Assembly (NCBI GenBank): GCA_964304625.1
Contig: OZ199838.1
Location: 5,043,489 to 5,107,488 of the forward strand
DNA length: 64,000 nt
DNA from: Kudoa neothunni
Lineage: Eukaryota > Animalia > Cnidaria
Direction: 5' to 3'
The position numbers were made by a program, and so were the translations under genes. Every line of letters starts with the position of its first letter. Within the stretch, counting starts at the first letter, position 1. A model generated the notes under the pieces. It was not told the DNA's origin, did no database searches, and was given only the letters and a program-made list of their open reading frames with translations. This document shows, piece after piece, positions 13,301-26,800 of this stretch.

Positions 13301-16300
13301 TTAAATAAACCAAATTAAGAGTTGATTTCGTTTGTTTATTAAATTTTTGAAGAATAATTTTATCATTCTATTATTAAAATTATAAATATCGATTTTTATA
13401 TTGTTTTCAATTTCAATTATTAATTGTTAACTCAAAATTACAATAGTTCTATAATAAACACAACGAACTCGATTTATACAACTGCAGTTAATCCATTAAA
13501 TTTAACAATTATAGAAAACAATTGTTTCAATATAAGCAAAATAAAATTCAAAACAAATCTGTTTAAATAATTTAATCGATATCAAAATTGTAAATAAATA
13601 AATAAATAATTAACGGTGGAAACTTTTCGTAAAACAATCAATTAAATATAGACTTAAAGACAGAAAATAAAACTTCCCGCCATTTAAACGAGAAACATTT
13701 ACACACACCTTCGATTTAATAGAAACAGATTTAGAATACAATTTTTCACATGCAAATAACACTTAAAAATTGAGAATACTTACCTATAAGCATTCATAAG
13801 TGCGATCAATCGGGATTTTTCTGGCGTCTCTCCAATAGACAACGACAAACAGCTGCATATGGACTGCCAAACTATCTGAAATATTTCGAAGGCGAACGAA
13901 ACGTGTATACATTCGATCCTAGCGGCCGTATCTGTTTCTCTGTGGTGATGCTCATCGAAAAGGATATAACGACAACACTGATGATCATCGTTATCTGTAC
14001 CGCTCAATGAACAATCGTCATCGGTGTAGTAGTTGACCCTTTCAAGTGATCTATTCCAAAAATAGATCTCCCTAATGAATCCCTCGCGTTCTTCGGGAAG
14101 AATAATTTCATAGTTGTGGATAGAATTGAAGATATCTGTTAGCATTTTCATCGGGAAATCCTTGCCATTGTTTATACCTTTAACATTACGAATGAATTGT
14201 TCACAGGTCATTGATGTGGTTTGTTTAGCGTTTTCATTGTGTTGATCAACATTGAGCATAATAATAGCGTATGCCAGTGTGAATACAGCGTCATGATTCT
14301 CGTAAGCGCTGTTTGGATTGAGTTCAAGAAAATAAGCGGAAAACTGATCCAATATCAATGAGATAACGGGACTTTCACCCGGTAGACGAAAATAGTGCAA
14401 CATTGAACGAAGTGCTTGCTCAACATTCATATTCGAAAGGTTACAATTACGTAAGTAATGTGCAAGAATTTTCCCGCTATTCCTCTTACCGAGAAATTCA
14501 CCTAGCACTTTCTTATCTAGGCGATCGGCGTATCTGTAAAGAAACTGTCCTAGCGATTTGTTAAAATTCGGATCATCACTTTTTTCAATAATGTGAAATT
14601 GCTGCAACAACGCCACCGCTGAAGAGGTGCTTTTGTTGAATTCCTCACAACACAAAAATGCTTTATTTTTCTTGCATTTTTGATTGATCAGATGGAGTTT
14701 TCTTTTAGTGAAACGGTCATTTTGCTGTAACGACTCCTTCCCCTCAAAAATAACATCGTACGTCAACGACTCCACTATCAACAACAGATTATCAGTAGCA
14801 AACTCACGAAGTATGCTTGATTTGGTTGAGTTCTCAATGATCTATTATCACATATTTAATGCCTTATATAATAAAAATAACTACATGTTTCAATTTGTTG
14901 ACCAACAATTGAACCACATCTTCACGGTAAGGATTGCAATCAAAGTTTGCGAACAATTCACTTACTATTGTTGGCATTGTAAGTATCTATGAAGAATTAA
15001 TAAGTTTAAAATCAAATTATTACAAACAGTATAACAGTTTGGGTGAATAATATGATCAAATTTTAATTAAAATGGAAATAATATATAGGTTTTGTTAATT
15101 ATACAAGTAATTTAATGATATCTATGCATTGATACGCACCGATGTAAATAAGTGTACATAGTTTTAATTACGATTGAATGAACAGACTCAAAAAATGTAT
15201 TCATATACAAAATCAACAAGTGCAAGAGATTAAGATAAAAGTAACGATACGACAAATGTACATATAATTAGAAATAGCCGTTCCTATTATTAATTGATTC
15301 CCCCCTCTAAAAATCGCAATGCAAACTCAACCCCGACTTTGAGAAAAATTTAGCATACAAAATATAACTGCTATACTGTATTAAGCAAATATGCTGATGA
15401 AATAATTGCTTACCTGTGACATGCAATCCAAAACATGTTCTCGTTTACTGTAGGTATGCCTTGGTGAAGACGCAATATTCGCAAGTATAATCAAAAAATT
15501 CTACAATTTAAATAATAACACTAACCGATACACTTAAACTATACTTCAAATTGAGAAGGTAAATATTGGCGCGAAGAAGCTAACAGTATAAAACAAACGT
15601 TAATCGTGCTACACAACAACTCTCCTCCATTCATCTTCAAAATCTAAACCATTTTTCAAGAATAAATAAAATAATGGAATTCACTTGAAACAAATTGAAA
15701 AATATTCGGTCCTTCAACACATCCATTATCAATGGATAATGCGGTAAATGCTCCAAACAACTCTCCACCGCAACATGCAACAAATCAACTGCATTCTTAA
15801 CAATATACGCATGATTTTCTTTCCTAAACGACCATATATATATATATATATATACTTACAAAGAAAACAAATACCTATCATATGGATCAATCAATATAGA
15901 TATGTATTGCAAAAATTCGTATAAACAAATCATGTTATATGGCATAGTCCACATATCTATTATACAATTATAAACTATAAAAATATGTTACAGAAGAGGA
16001 TGGCTAAATATTTTCTATTTGTAATCTCGTTAGTTATTTTATAATGTTTACACGAAGGAATGATTAGATTACCTTAGGGAATGAAGTTCGTTATGTCAAT
16101 TATCAGAAAATTATAAGATTGTAGGCAGATTTTAATGCAAACGTTAAATTATCAGACATTAATGAACAAAAACCAAGCTATATCTGAACTTATCTGTGGC
16201 ATTGCAAGAGTCGAAAGAAAAATCATTTTTCTAATTGTCCCTAAATTTTTCCATATTATATACAACAATTGACTAAGCAATTCAAATAAAATTCGACCAA

Positions 16301-19300
16301 ATAAACTTCACAAGTCATATTGATAATAATAACCTAACTTAAAGCTTACACAATCCTCCACAATATATTTATCCATGATAAATACTTTTCATGTGTAAAA
16401 ATAAAAAAAATCCAAATATTCCATAAAAACTCATATATAGCATGAGATATTAAACAATGATTTCCTATGTTTTTAAACTAAAAATGCGATTTCGTATGCA
16501 GAAAGGACGATAATTCGCTCCCTTTATCATTTAATTCATAAAAAATAAGTATTTGGGACTAAAATTCGAATAAAGGGTAAAAATTTATTTAGGACCAATG
16601 AGAAAAATTTTAATAATCAAAAAATATTCACAAGTTGATAATTAATTTAGTTTAGAAAATTCTGATTTCTCCGAAACATTATCCTGTATAACAATATAAT
16701 AAGATAAATATGATTGGAAAGATACAAAATATATTCTTATTATAAATAAAAAAGAAAATTGTATTCTGTTGATTGTTTTTAATGCAGAAATTTAAAAAAC
16801 AGTATAACAACTGACCGAATAAATATCATTTGCGTAATAAAAATGAACAAGATAATGTACAAAAAACAACAGGAATCGATATATTTAAAACTTTAATGGA
16901 AAATAATTATCTAATTTACAAGACAATTATATTATCATTTATGGAAATTTAGCAATATATTTTTATTGAATAAATTATGGATATTTTATTACCAGCCTAT
17001 ATGATAATTTAATATTCTGCGACTTTCATATTAAAATAGGAAATCTTTCTAACAAGTAAATTTATTGTAAAAACAATTTAAAACGAACACCTAATCGATC
17101 TAGAACTTTAAGTAGTATTAATATTTTAGAAAAAAAGTAAAACTTTCGAAAGTAAAATTAACTTGATAAACCTACCCGAATAATTAAAAAATACATAGCG
17201 GTTGTCATATAAACGATCAACAAAATAAATGAAGTTGATGCTTAATTAAATATCTTCCTGCTAATTTCACTCATAATAAATGTATGAAAACGGCGTTCGG
17301 CAAGCATTTTAATATTCTTATTAATCTTGGAAAAAATGAAAGTTTCAAACATGATTATATCCCTTTAAATTATGCAGAAATCAATTAGTTTAAAAAAATA
17401 GACAGTCGCTGAGACAAATTTTCGGAATTTACCTGAAAGAATGACCCAATTTTTCGAACAGAAACCGACATCATACCGAAAATCGGTAAACCGAATCAAT
17501 TTCAAATTAAGCCAAAGTTTTCATACTGAATTTTCAATATTAAAGAGAATTAATTACGAAAAATATGAATCAGGGTTTCAAATTGTTAATTTTTAATTCT
17601 ATTTTAAAGTAAGTTAGCTTCCTAACACTATTTACGTAACTTTGCCCACATATTTGCTAAAAAAGTCATTTGATATACTGTTAAGCGCGGTTTTCAACCT
17701 TTTTGGAATCGCGGATTACCTGAAAGCTCAATTGACCTTTCGGATCCCCATATATATTAAGGATATTGTAAACAACAGAATACAAGGTTTATAAAAATTA
17801 TCATGCATTTATTTACAAAAAGTCAGAATATATTATTTTTAAAATTTACTCGAGATTTCAAGGACCTAAACAACGTGCATTTGTAAATAGAAGATCTATT
17901 ATTTGTTCTTATATTTTTTCGGTGCTGCGGATCGCCGGTTTAAAACCACTGTGTTAAGATAGCAGCAAATTTCACATTGTCTACGACAGAACCTGTTGAA
18001 TCGGGAAATATTGCACTGAGCCAAGGGCAATCCTAGCGTTATCAAAGAACTTAGCCGTACAATAGTACAATATCCTCCAGAATCTTAAAAATTAAGTAAA
18101 AATGAAAATGTTTTGATTCCATTGTTGAGATATAAAAATATGCCAAGAACAACCGAATTAATCTAATTAGAAAATTATCCCCTATCGAATTAATAAATAA
18201 TAATTGTTATAATCATTAAAAAATATTTCATAAATAATTCAATCTAACTCAAAAAAAAAATAAAATCTTAATGCTTTTTAAAAGCACATGCATATTCTTA
18301 AGAATCAGATAAACTTCACACATTTCTCATAAAGTTAATTAGAACTTTATCAGCTTAAAAATATGTTTATTTGAAGCAATATTTGAGAAATTTGTACAGG
18401 CCAGAAATTTATGTCCCACATAAAAGATACTAAAACATACGCGGAAAAAAATCTAACTCTTCGATGGGTCCAAATGATCTAATGATACTGCGAAAATGAA
18501 ATACAGCACATTTTTAAAACTTAATTTTTCTAAGTTTTTGTAGAATGTAGTCTATAATTTTAATGAAAATTATTTTGTTAATCCCAATAAATTTAAAATT
18601 AAAAAAACCACATAATTCTTTTAATAAATAATCCTCTAAATAACTGATTTAAGCTGAGTTAAGTTAAGCAAGGCGACCCATCTCCAAATATGTTATGAAA
18701 TTCGACATAATATTAAGATAAAAATTACTGTACTAATCACAATAAGCGTATCGAAAGGTATTACAGAAAAAAATTGTTTTCATGTCACTTGTAATTCTTC
18801 AAAATTAACTATTATATAGAAAACACATTCATATTTGCATAAATACTCATTCAATAAAAAATATGTAACCATAGCAACTAAAACTCAATATTTAAAATCT
18901 TTAAAACTAAATTAATTAAGTAAATAAGCAAATAATTCTATTTTCAGAGTTGAAATACGTATATATCAAATTCTAAATTGTAAAAAGCTTAGATGGAGCT
19001 GCATTTTCCCCACAAATATAGTTTGCCACCCTCAACTTAAATAATAAAAACAAACCATCATCTCTAACAGTCGCTGAATCACTATCATCTTTTTGATTGT
19101 CAGGTTGATTGTTGGAGTTACTACCATTCGAAATAACCTCATTTTGTATCTCTTCAGCAGTATGATTATCTGGCTGGGGGTTCTAACAAATTAAACAACA
19201 TTAATAATCTGTTCGATAACAAAACACAACTATAATACATTATTGTCTGATTCCAATTCTGAACACTTTTTAGTGATATTAATTGTAGAAGCAGGTGCAC

Positions 19301-20631
19301 TTTTAATGAGGAGAGAATTTTCAGACGTGAATTTATGATTTTTGAACAAGGTAGAAGTTGGAGTATAAATTTTTTCCTCATTAGAACTGGAACTATTCAT
19401 GTGTCTTCGAGAATTTGAAGTTTTGTTACTTTCCTGTCGCAAAATCAACTTGGATCATATTCTTATAAAAGAACAAAAATTACTTTATCTGCCAACGAAT
19501 CGTTTTCATTGGTAGAAACAATTTTTGGTGTATCTTTTCTTTTCTTCTTATAATTGACAATGGGCATTCTTTTGGTGAGTTTCTATGCGTAGATTAAAAC
19601 AAAGTCCACCCAAAAAACACTACCATTTTTAGTGACTCTATATCACAATAGGTAAAATTGTGGAGAGTTTTCGGGTTGAATTCATGCAACCTAATCATCA
19701 GATCAGCGTAGTAACTCATACATAAGTCAACCATCAAATAACCGACCTCGAAAATATGTGATGAACGATTTCAGCCAAAATGGAAAAACAGACACTTCTC
19801 AGCAGTTCTATTGATAAATTATTTCAACAACAATTAAGGTACTGATGGATACCGCTCAACTTGGACTGAAAACAAATCCGAAAACACGATTGTATGGATG
19901 AACAAATAGCATCATTTGACATAAAAACCCCGACCGGCGAAAGAATTAATGTTTTTACCAGCTATAAATAACCACAAAATAAGTAATTCACGTCCATTAA
20001 AGGAAAATGGAAAATTATTTATACATTGACATTCTTCATCAAAACGGTCTCATCGGATGACGCGTCAGTACCGATAAATCTTGTGTTATGAATAGCGATA
20101 CAGATTTCAGAGACGATTTCTTCACATTTCTCATCTGTAGCACCTGTCCACGAAACAGATAAATTCAGCTTTATAAGAAACAACAACAATTGTTACTTAT
20201 AAAGTTGTAAGTGATGAATTTGGTGACAGAGGAAATCGCCGATCTGGTACTTGCACCGTCCGTACAATCGGACATCATTATGTGCAGGAAAGGTCGAATA
20301 AAACGTAAGGGGCTCATATCATCACCAGCACCATCGACAATATTTCCAGTGGTAGTATCATCTATAGATTATATTAGTATAAAGATATTATAATACCTCG
20401 TTTAAATGTGGTTCAAAGAAGCAGTTACTAGGCATCTTTTTCAAATACAACTTAAGAATGTAAAAATCTTTTAGCAATTTTATATTATTCTAAAAATCCA
20501 TCAATGTCTATTTCCTCGATCAAACTCACAGTGTTGGCCAGTGCGGTCCAATTTTTTTGTTGTTTCAACAGATAAACAATCACATTTATTTCCGCATTGA
20601 TAATGTTGGTGTATGAGGTAGGTAGTTGCAT
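10341..20631 (-). CDS. GBF1: Large Sec7-domain ARF-GEF GBF1 (multi-exon)
   Basis: N-terminus NIINAEINVIV and RFIRPFLHIMMSDCTDGASTRSAISSVTKF (DCB region). Sec7 exon with FRLPGES and LAYAIIMLNVDQHN. Terminal exon 10341-12812 contains LEAIPEMIKNILFVM (HDS3-like). Confidence 0.92.
17686..17951. mobile_element. hAT-type MITE in a GBF1 intron
   Basis: Termini C(A)GCGGTTTTCAACC / GGTTTAAAACCACTG, flanked on both sides by TGTTAAG. Homologous, in inverted orientation, to 54176-54443. Confidence 0.7.
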
Positions 20632-20839
20632 TTATCAATTCACCCAACTCAATCTATCTTAGTAGGCAATATATTTCCGAAGTGGTCCGATATAAAATTA
20701 GCGTCGATTATATGTTATTTTTAAATTTTAAAAATCAATTTTTGCCAATATATGCGTTATTATAGACGGTTGTGGATGTTATATGAGGGTTGCGATTCAA
20801 CCAACAATTATTAATTGGCATGCGCACGCAAATTCAGCA
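20632..20839. promoter_or_regulatory. Compact bidirectional promoter region between GBF1 and PRPF6
   Basis: Divergent start codons with 208 bp between them; contains GCATGCGCA at 20818-20826. Confidence 0.65.
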
Positions 20840-23800
20840 ATGAACCGAAAGAAGTTATTTTTAGGAAGATCAGCCCCTCACAACTACATAGCTGGTGTAG
20901 GAAGAGGGTAAAATTTATTTTTCTGATTAATTGGCATGCTAAACATGTAAAATAGTGCCACTGGTTTCACTACAAGATCTGATATTGGGCCTGCGAGAGA
21001 AGCTACAGATGTGAGGTAGGTTGTTTTTAATTATTCACATGTTTAATTATAATTTTAATTAAATTATTTTGTGTGGTAGTGATGAAAGAAATCCTCATTT
21101 GCGAGCCAGATTCAAGGAACCCGAACCTGAACCTGATGACGATGAGGAGGATTTGAATGAATCCAACTTTGATGAGGTTGGGCATTGAAATTATATAAAT
21201 TTTTAGGAGGTTAATAATTTCCGAAAATTATAGTTTAATGGCTACGGAGGAAGTCTATTCAATTCGCTGCCTTACGATAAGGATGATGAAGAGGCGGACA
21301 ACATCTACAAGAACATCGACGATCGAATGGATGAAAGACGTAAAGAGCGCCGTGAAAGAATCTTCAGTGAAGAATTGAAAAAATATCGCAAGGAACGACC
21401 TAAAATTCAGCAACGATTTATCGATTTGAAAGTACTTACAGATGCTTGGTGCTCCAAAAAAATAGCACTAATTATTATTGTAGCGAAAACTGGCTGATGT
21501 GTCACATGATGAATGGATGGCTATTCCCGACGTGGGCGATTCTCGTAACAAAAAAGTGAGGAACCCCCGACAGGAAAAATTCACCCCTATTCCCGATTCG
21601 GTCATTTCTGGCGCCTACAAATCAACTCTTCTCGATACGCAACTCGGCAACACAAAATCTACTGCTGCTAGTGGTTCCAAACAAAGCGGTCTCATGACGC
21701 CGTTCCCAGGCACCTATACTTCTACAGTTGCTGGATTTGTCACCCCTGGAGCCGCTTCCACGGTTAGCGGAAAATTGGATTTGTCCAAAATCGGTGAGGC
21801 CAGAAAATCATTGGTTGGCGTAAAACTTGATCAGGTAATTTTTCGTTTTTTTAATTATGTTGATAGATCATTTATTTAGTAATTATTAAAATTTTTTATA
21901 TTTTGTTAGTTTGATGAATGTTTGTTATTATCGCTGTTGTTGTAGGTCTCGGATTCGGTCACCGGACAAACAGTTGTCGATCCCAAAGGCTATCTCACCG
22001 ATCTACAAAGTTTGACCCCGCAATTTGGCGGTGATATTGGGTAATTTTATTCGATTGTAATCGCCAATGCAGATATTCTTTCGGCCTAATTTAATACCAA
22101 AATAATGAATGGGCATGCGCCGATGTAAATTAAACAAACTTGGTGAATGATCAGCTGAATTTGAAGTTTAATTTTGAGGAAAGAACGAAAATAATTGTGT
22201 GAAGAGGAAAATTTAGACATTAAAATAACAATATTTATAATTGTAAATTAAATGAATTTTTTAAAATTGATCATTTCAACCTACTAAGGATTTTGGGGCG
22301 AAATACACCCCAAACAAATTTTAATCCATCATATATTCTTTCATTGTTTTTTTAATGCGTATGAAATTATTGCTGTACCTATAAATTTATTTTAAGTAAA
22401 CTTTGTAAGTGTTTAATTTAAAAAAAATATAGGAAGTTATTAAAAATAAAATGACACCCTCCGATGATTTTGTGGCAAAATTCACCCCAGCATAATTTTT
22501 CCTTAATTATTCATCCAAAAAATGTGCGTATCGCTAAAAATGAATTCTATCTTAGTTCAGCGTATTAAAAAATGAATTAAATTAGAAATTAAAATAAGAT
22601 ACATCGTAGTCACATTTTTTACTTTTAAAATAAATTGTTTTGCTTTTGTGCGTCACCGAAGAATTAACGACTTATGCCGTATAAAGTTTTATGAGAATTA
22701 GTAATGTGAGTAAGGACACTTTTGCTCTGCACGTAATCTTTAAAACTATATAATATTTTACGAAGAATTTATTACATTTTTTCGTTTAAATATATTTAAC
22801 CCTCTAACCGATCTCAAAAACGATACCCTGTAACACTTTTGGGGTAAAAATTACCCCACTTTTTTATTGTGTCGATGTGTGTAAAAAAATAATTAATTGG
22901 GGAATACAAAATATGATTAAATTTAATTGAGTAAAATCATTGGAATATTGTATTAATTACGCCAAATAATCTCAAACTATCTCGATTACGACATTGTCGG
23001 GATATATCGACTTTCGCCGTAAGTGTTTACAAAATAAAATTAACGTTATCGGCCAATAATAGACTCATTAAAAATTAAAACATAACAAAAATAAGTACAA
23101 CAATTAATTTTTGGCACTTCAAAAAGAATTTCGAAACATGAGTGGAGAAATAAAACTTGCAGCAGTCATGACACCATTTAGAGTTTTTCTTATCATTTTA
23201 TCTTTCACAATAATCTCAGCGCGACGATTTTTTATTTAAACTTGGTTTTTTGTTCGAATATAAGATTTATTTAAATTTTTTTTGATACCTTTTCTGGAGG
23301 TTCTATTTACAGTGAATTGTATGATTCTTCAGAAATCTCTTTCAGAAAGTTTCTCCTTAATTTTCTCTCTGAATTAATCAACGAGATATCAATCATGTTG
23401 ATAAAGACGATAAGCCGCCTTCTTCTTTTAAAGTTTTGGGTAGAAATTGATGCCAACATTCTATCCACATTATCAACCTCATCCTTCGTTGCATCGTAAT
23501 GCATTATCGTATGAGGCTTGAAAATTTTTACACATCGATGACAATATTACCAGTGGAACTTATCTATCCTTATCAAGAGCTATTTGTATTAGAAGGTCTA
23601 TATAAATAACCTTTAAATTCAAGTTTATTGGTATCATGTCACTCATCATTGGAATGGTGATTTCCAAGCATATTTTGGTACACGTTATGATAATTCTACC
23701 GATTTTTGAGGTAAAGAATTACAAAAAACAATCAACGAATGATTTTACTTTTGATACAGCATATGAAATGGCATTAAGGGTGGAATTCACTATGTTTTCG

Positions 23801-26800
23801 GCCCAGGTTTTTCTCGTAGGTGACTTTGATAAACTCCAAATAATTCCACATTTACTTTTTAAATTATTATCAATAATATCTATGGGATCTATTTCTTCAC
23901 CCGATATATCACTTTCATCAATAACTCTATCGTCAAATTCGCTTCCAGATGAAGTATATTCGCCAATGAAATCACTCGCTTCATTCATTAAGAATTATGC
24001 ACTACGTGCACGTGCACATTTCACCAACTAGTCATATCGTTCATTGTTTTCTTCAAATCTACTCGTTCGATTTAACTGATAATTTATTATTTGATTATTT
24101 AAATGATACTCTTTACATTAAAGTAATAAAAAAGTGGGGTAAGTTTCACCCCAAAAAATGTTAGAGGATAATATTTAGATAAAATTTTTTCTTTTCATTA
24201 GTTTTTTCCAATTTGTTTATTAAAAATAAATCATTATAAATTCCAGGAATATTGGAAATTTTGTGAGGTTTAATAATTGAAATTAAAAGATATGATGAAT
24301 ATAAAATCGTTTTGGGGTAAAATTTACCCCAAAATCCTTCGAGGTAGTTCATTTTTTGATACCTTATGGGATTAAAACTAGATTTTCTTGGATAATTGTT
24401 TTTTTACTACCTATTAAGATTAGCTAATTGATATTAACACGCCTATCTCTGAGGTTGCCTATTTAAATTTTGAGAGGAAAACGTGAATAAATTATTTTGA
24501 GTCGTACATAATATGGCAAGAAAACTTAAATTATCAATATCTAAAGAATTTAATTTCTAATCTACAAAACTTTACAATATTAGTAACATTTTACCTTAAT
24601 TTGACCTTAGAAAAAATTTAGTTATTGCTAGATTTTATATATTTTATGGGTAGTGCACAATTATGACTAGTGAGTAATAAATTTTTTTCATAACTTCAAT
24701 GATTATAACAAGTAAGTCAACAGGTGGTAAAAAAATCTTAACTCTATTCCAAAGGTTGAACTTATATAATATTTTAAAAAAGCAGATAATGTATCAAACG
24801 CTAAACTTGACATAAGGAAGATCCTTCACGTAACAGCAAGATCTGCTCTGAATACTATTATAACCATACAGACTAATTGTTTTAACATTATATCGATTAT
24901 TCTGTTCCAAATTAAGAAAAACTCTCAAATGAAATAAATATGGAAATTGATCAACAAGTGAAAGAGTGGATTGAACTGACAAGAGCAAAAAGGATTGAAG
25001 ATTCTCAGTAACTTTTTTCAGTTAAACTGACGAATTCCATATTATACCTCATAATCAATAGGTGTGTCTACTAGTTGTTTTATGACTTTTACAAAAAGAA
25101 TTAAACATTTCGCATAATACATTTTTGGTGGTACTTTCTAATTTTAAAATTTGTTGTATTGCTAGTTATTTAAAATACTAAGCTAAATAAGTTAATTTAT
25201 CAAAATATAACCCAATCTTTAAATTTTTGTTTGATTTCGCCCGCGTTAATTGTGTCGTGCGTAATGAATTTGATTTCCGTTTTGATTATGCATGACATTA
25301 TAAGTCACCGAATTATCCACAGATGCACTCAAAATTAATTGAAATAATGAATTTAGCTATCATATTTACGTTAAAGTTTAAGTAATAAACTCTGGTTTAA
25401 TTTAAAAATTACTGCTGTAAAAAAATAAGTCATTTCGAATTCTCGCAATTCCACTAGGGAAATGATACTCACACGAATCGAACAATTATTTTATACCTTA
25501 ATTGGTTGAAGAGATAAAGATTTGTTGACCTTTTTGTTTGATTATTACTAGTTAATTTTAGATTAAAAAAATAATGCGCAGTTAAATTAAATTTTCTCCT
25601 TTAAATTTTAAACGACAATAATTTCTATCTTTCATTATTAACAAACTAAATTGTGTATTTTTAGTGATATCAAAAAAGCTAGACTTTTGCTAAAATCTGT
25701 CATCACAAGCAATGCCAGTCATGCTCCAGGTATGGTTATAATTTGGTAGATGTTCTCCTAATCATATTCGCATTTACATTCTACAGGATGGATCGCAGCT
25801 GCCAGACTAGAAGAAGTCACTGGCCACATAGATAAATCTCGCAATATTATTACGAATGGAACAAAATCTTGCCCCAAAAGCGAAGATGTGTGGTTAGAGT
25901 CTATTCGTCTGCATCCACCTGCTTTAGCAAAATCGATCGTAGCTATGGCATTGGAACAACTGCCACAATCTGTTCGTCTATGGATCAAGGCCGCCGATCT
26001 AGAAAAAAATGATGTGAACGCTAGAAGAAAGGTTATAGAAAAAGGTAATGATTGATATTTGAGCTGAATTCCCATTTTCGAATGTATCTTTAGCATTGGA
26101 ACACATTCCAAATTCTGTAATTTTATGGAAATCAGCTGTGGAGTTAGAAGAACCGAGTGATGCGTTGATCCTTCTTGGTCGTGCTGTTGAATGCTGCCCT
26201 ACAAGTGTTGAAGTGAGCTATTATAACGACTGTTTGAACATCAATCAATCAGCTTAGTTAAACTGTGCTAAGAATTTTGATTTTGATTTGTGTAGTTGTG
26301 GCTTGGTCTCGCCAAACTGGAGACTTACGAAAATGCAAGAAAGATATTGAATAAGGCTCGAGAAAAATATTCCCACTGATCGATTGATTTGGATTAATGC
26401 CGCCAAATTGGAGGAGGCAAATCAAAACACGCCAATGGCAACAAAAATCATAGACAGAGCTATTGTTTCACTCACGGCCAATGGTGTTGAAATCAATCGA
26501 GATCAATGGATCAAGGATGCCGAGGAATGCGACCAAACAGGCTACGTTGTGACCGCTCAGTGCATCATAAGAGCAGTGATATCGATCGGAGTTGATGAAC
26601 AAGACAGCAAACACACCTGGCTGGAAGATGCTGAGTCTTGCATTGCTAACAAATCCTTCAACTGCACCAGGGCAATCTACGCTCATGCTATAGAAAAGCT
26701 ACCGAAGAAGAAAAAGCGTATGGTTAAGTGCAGCATACTTTGAAAAAAATCATGGTACAACTCAGTCGCTGGATCAACTATTAGCCGACGCCACCCAAAA

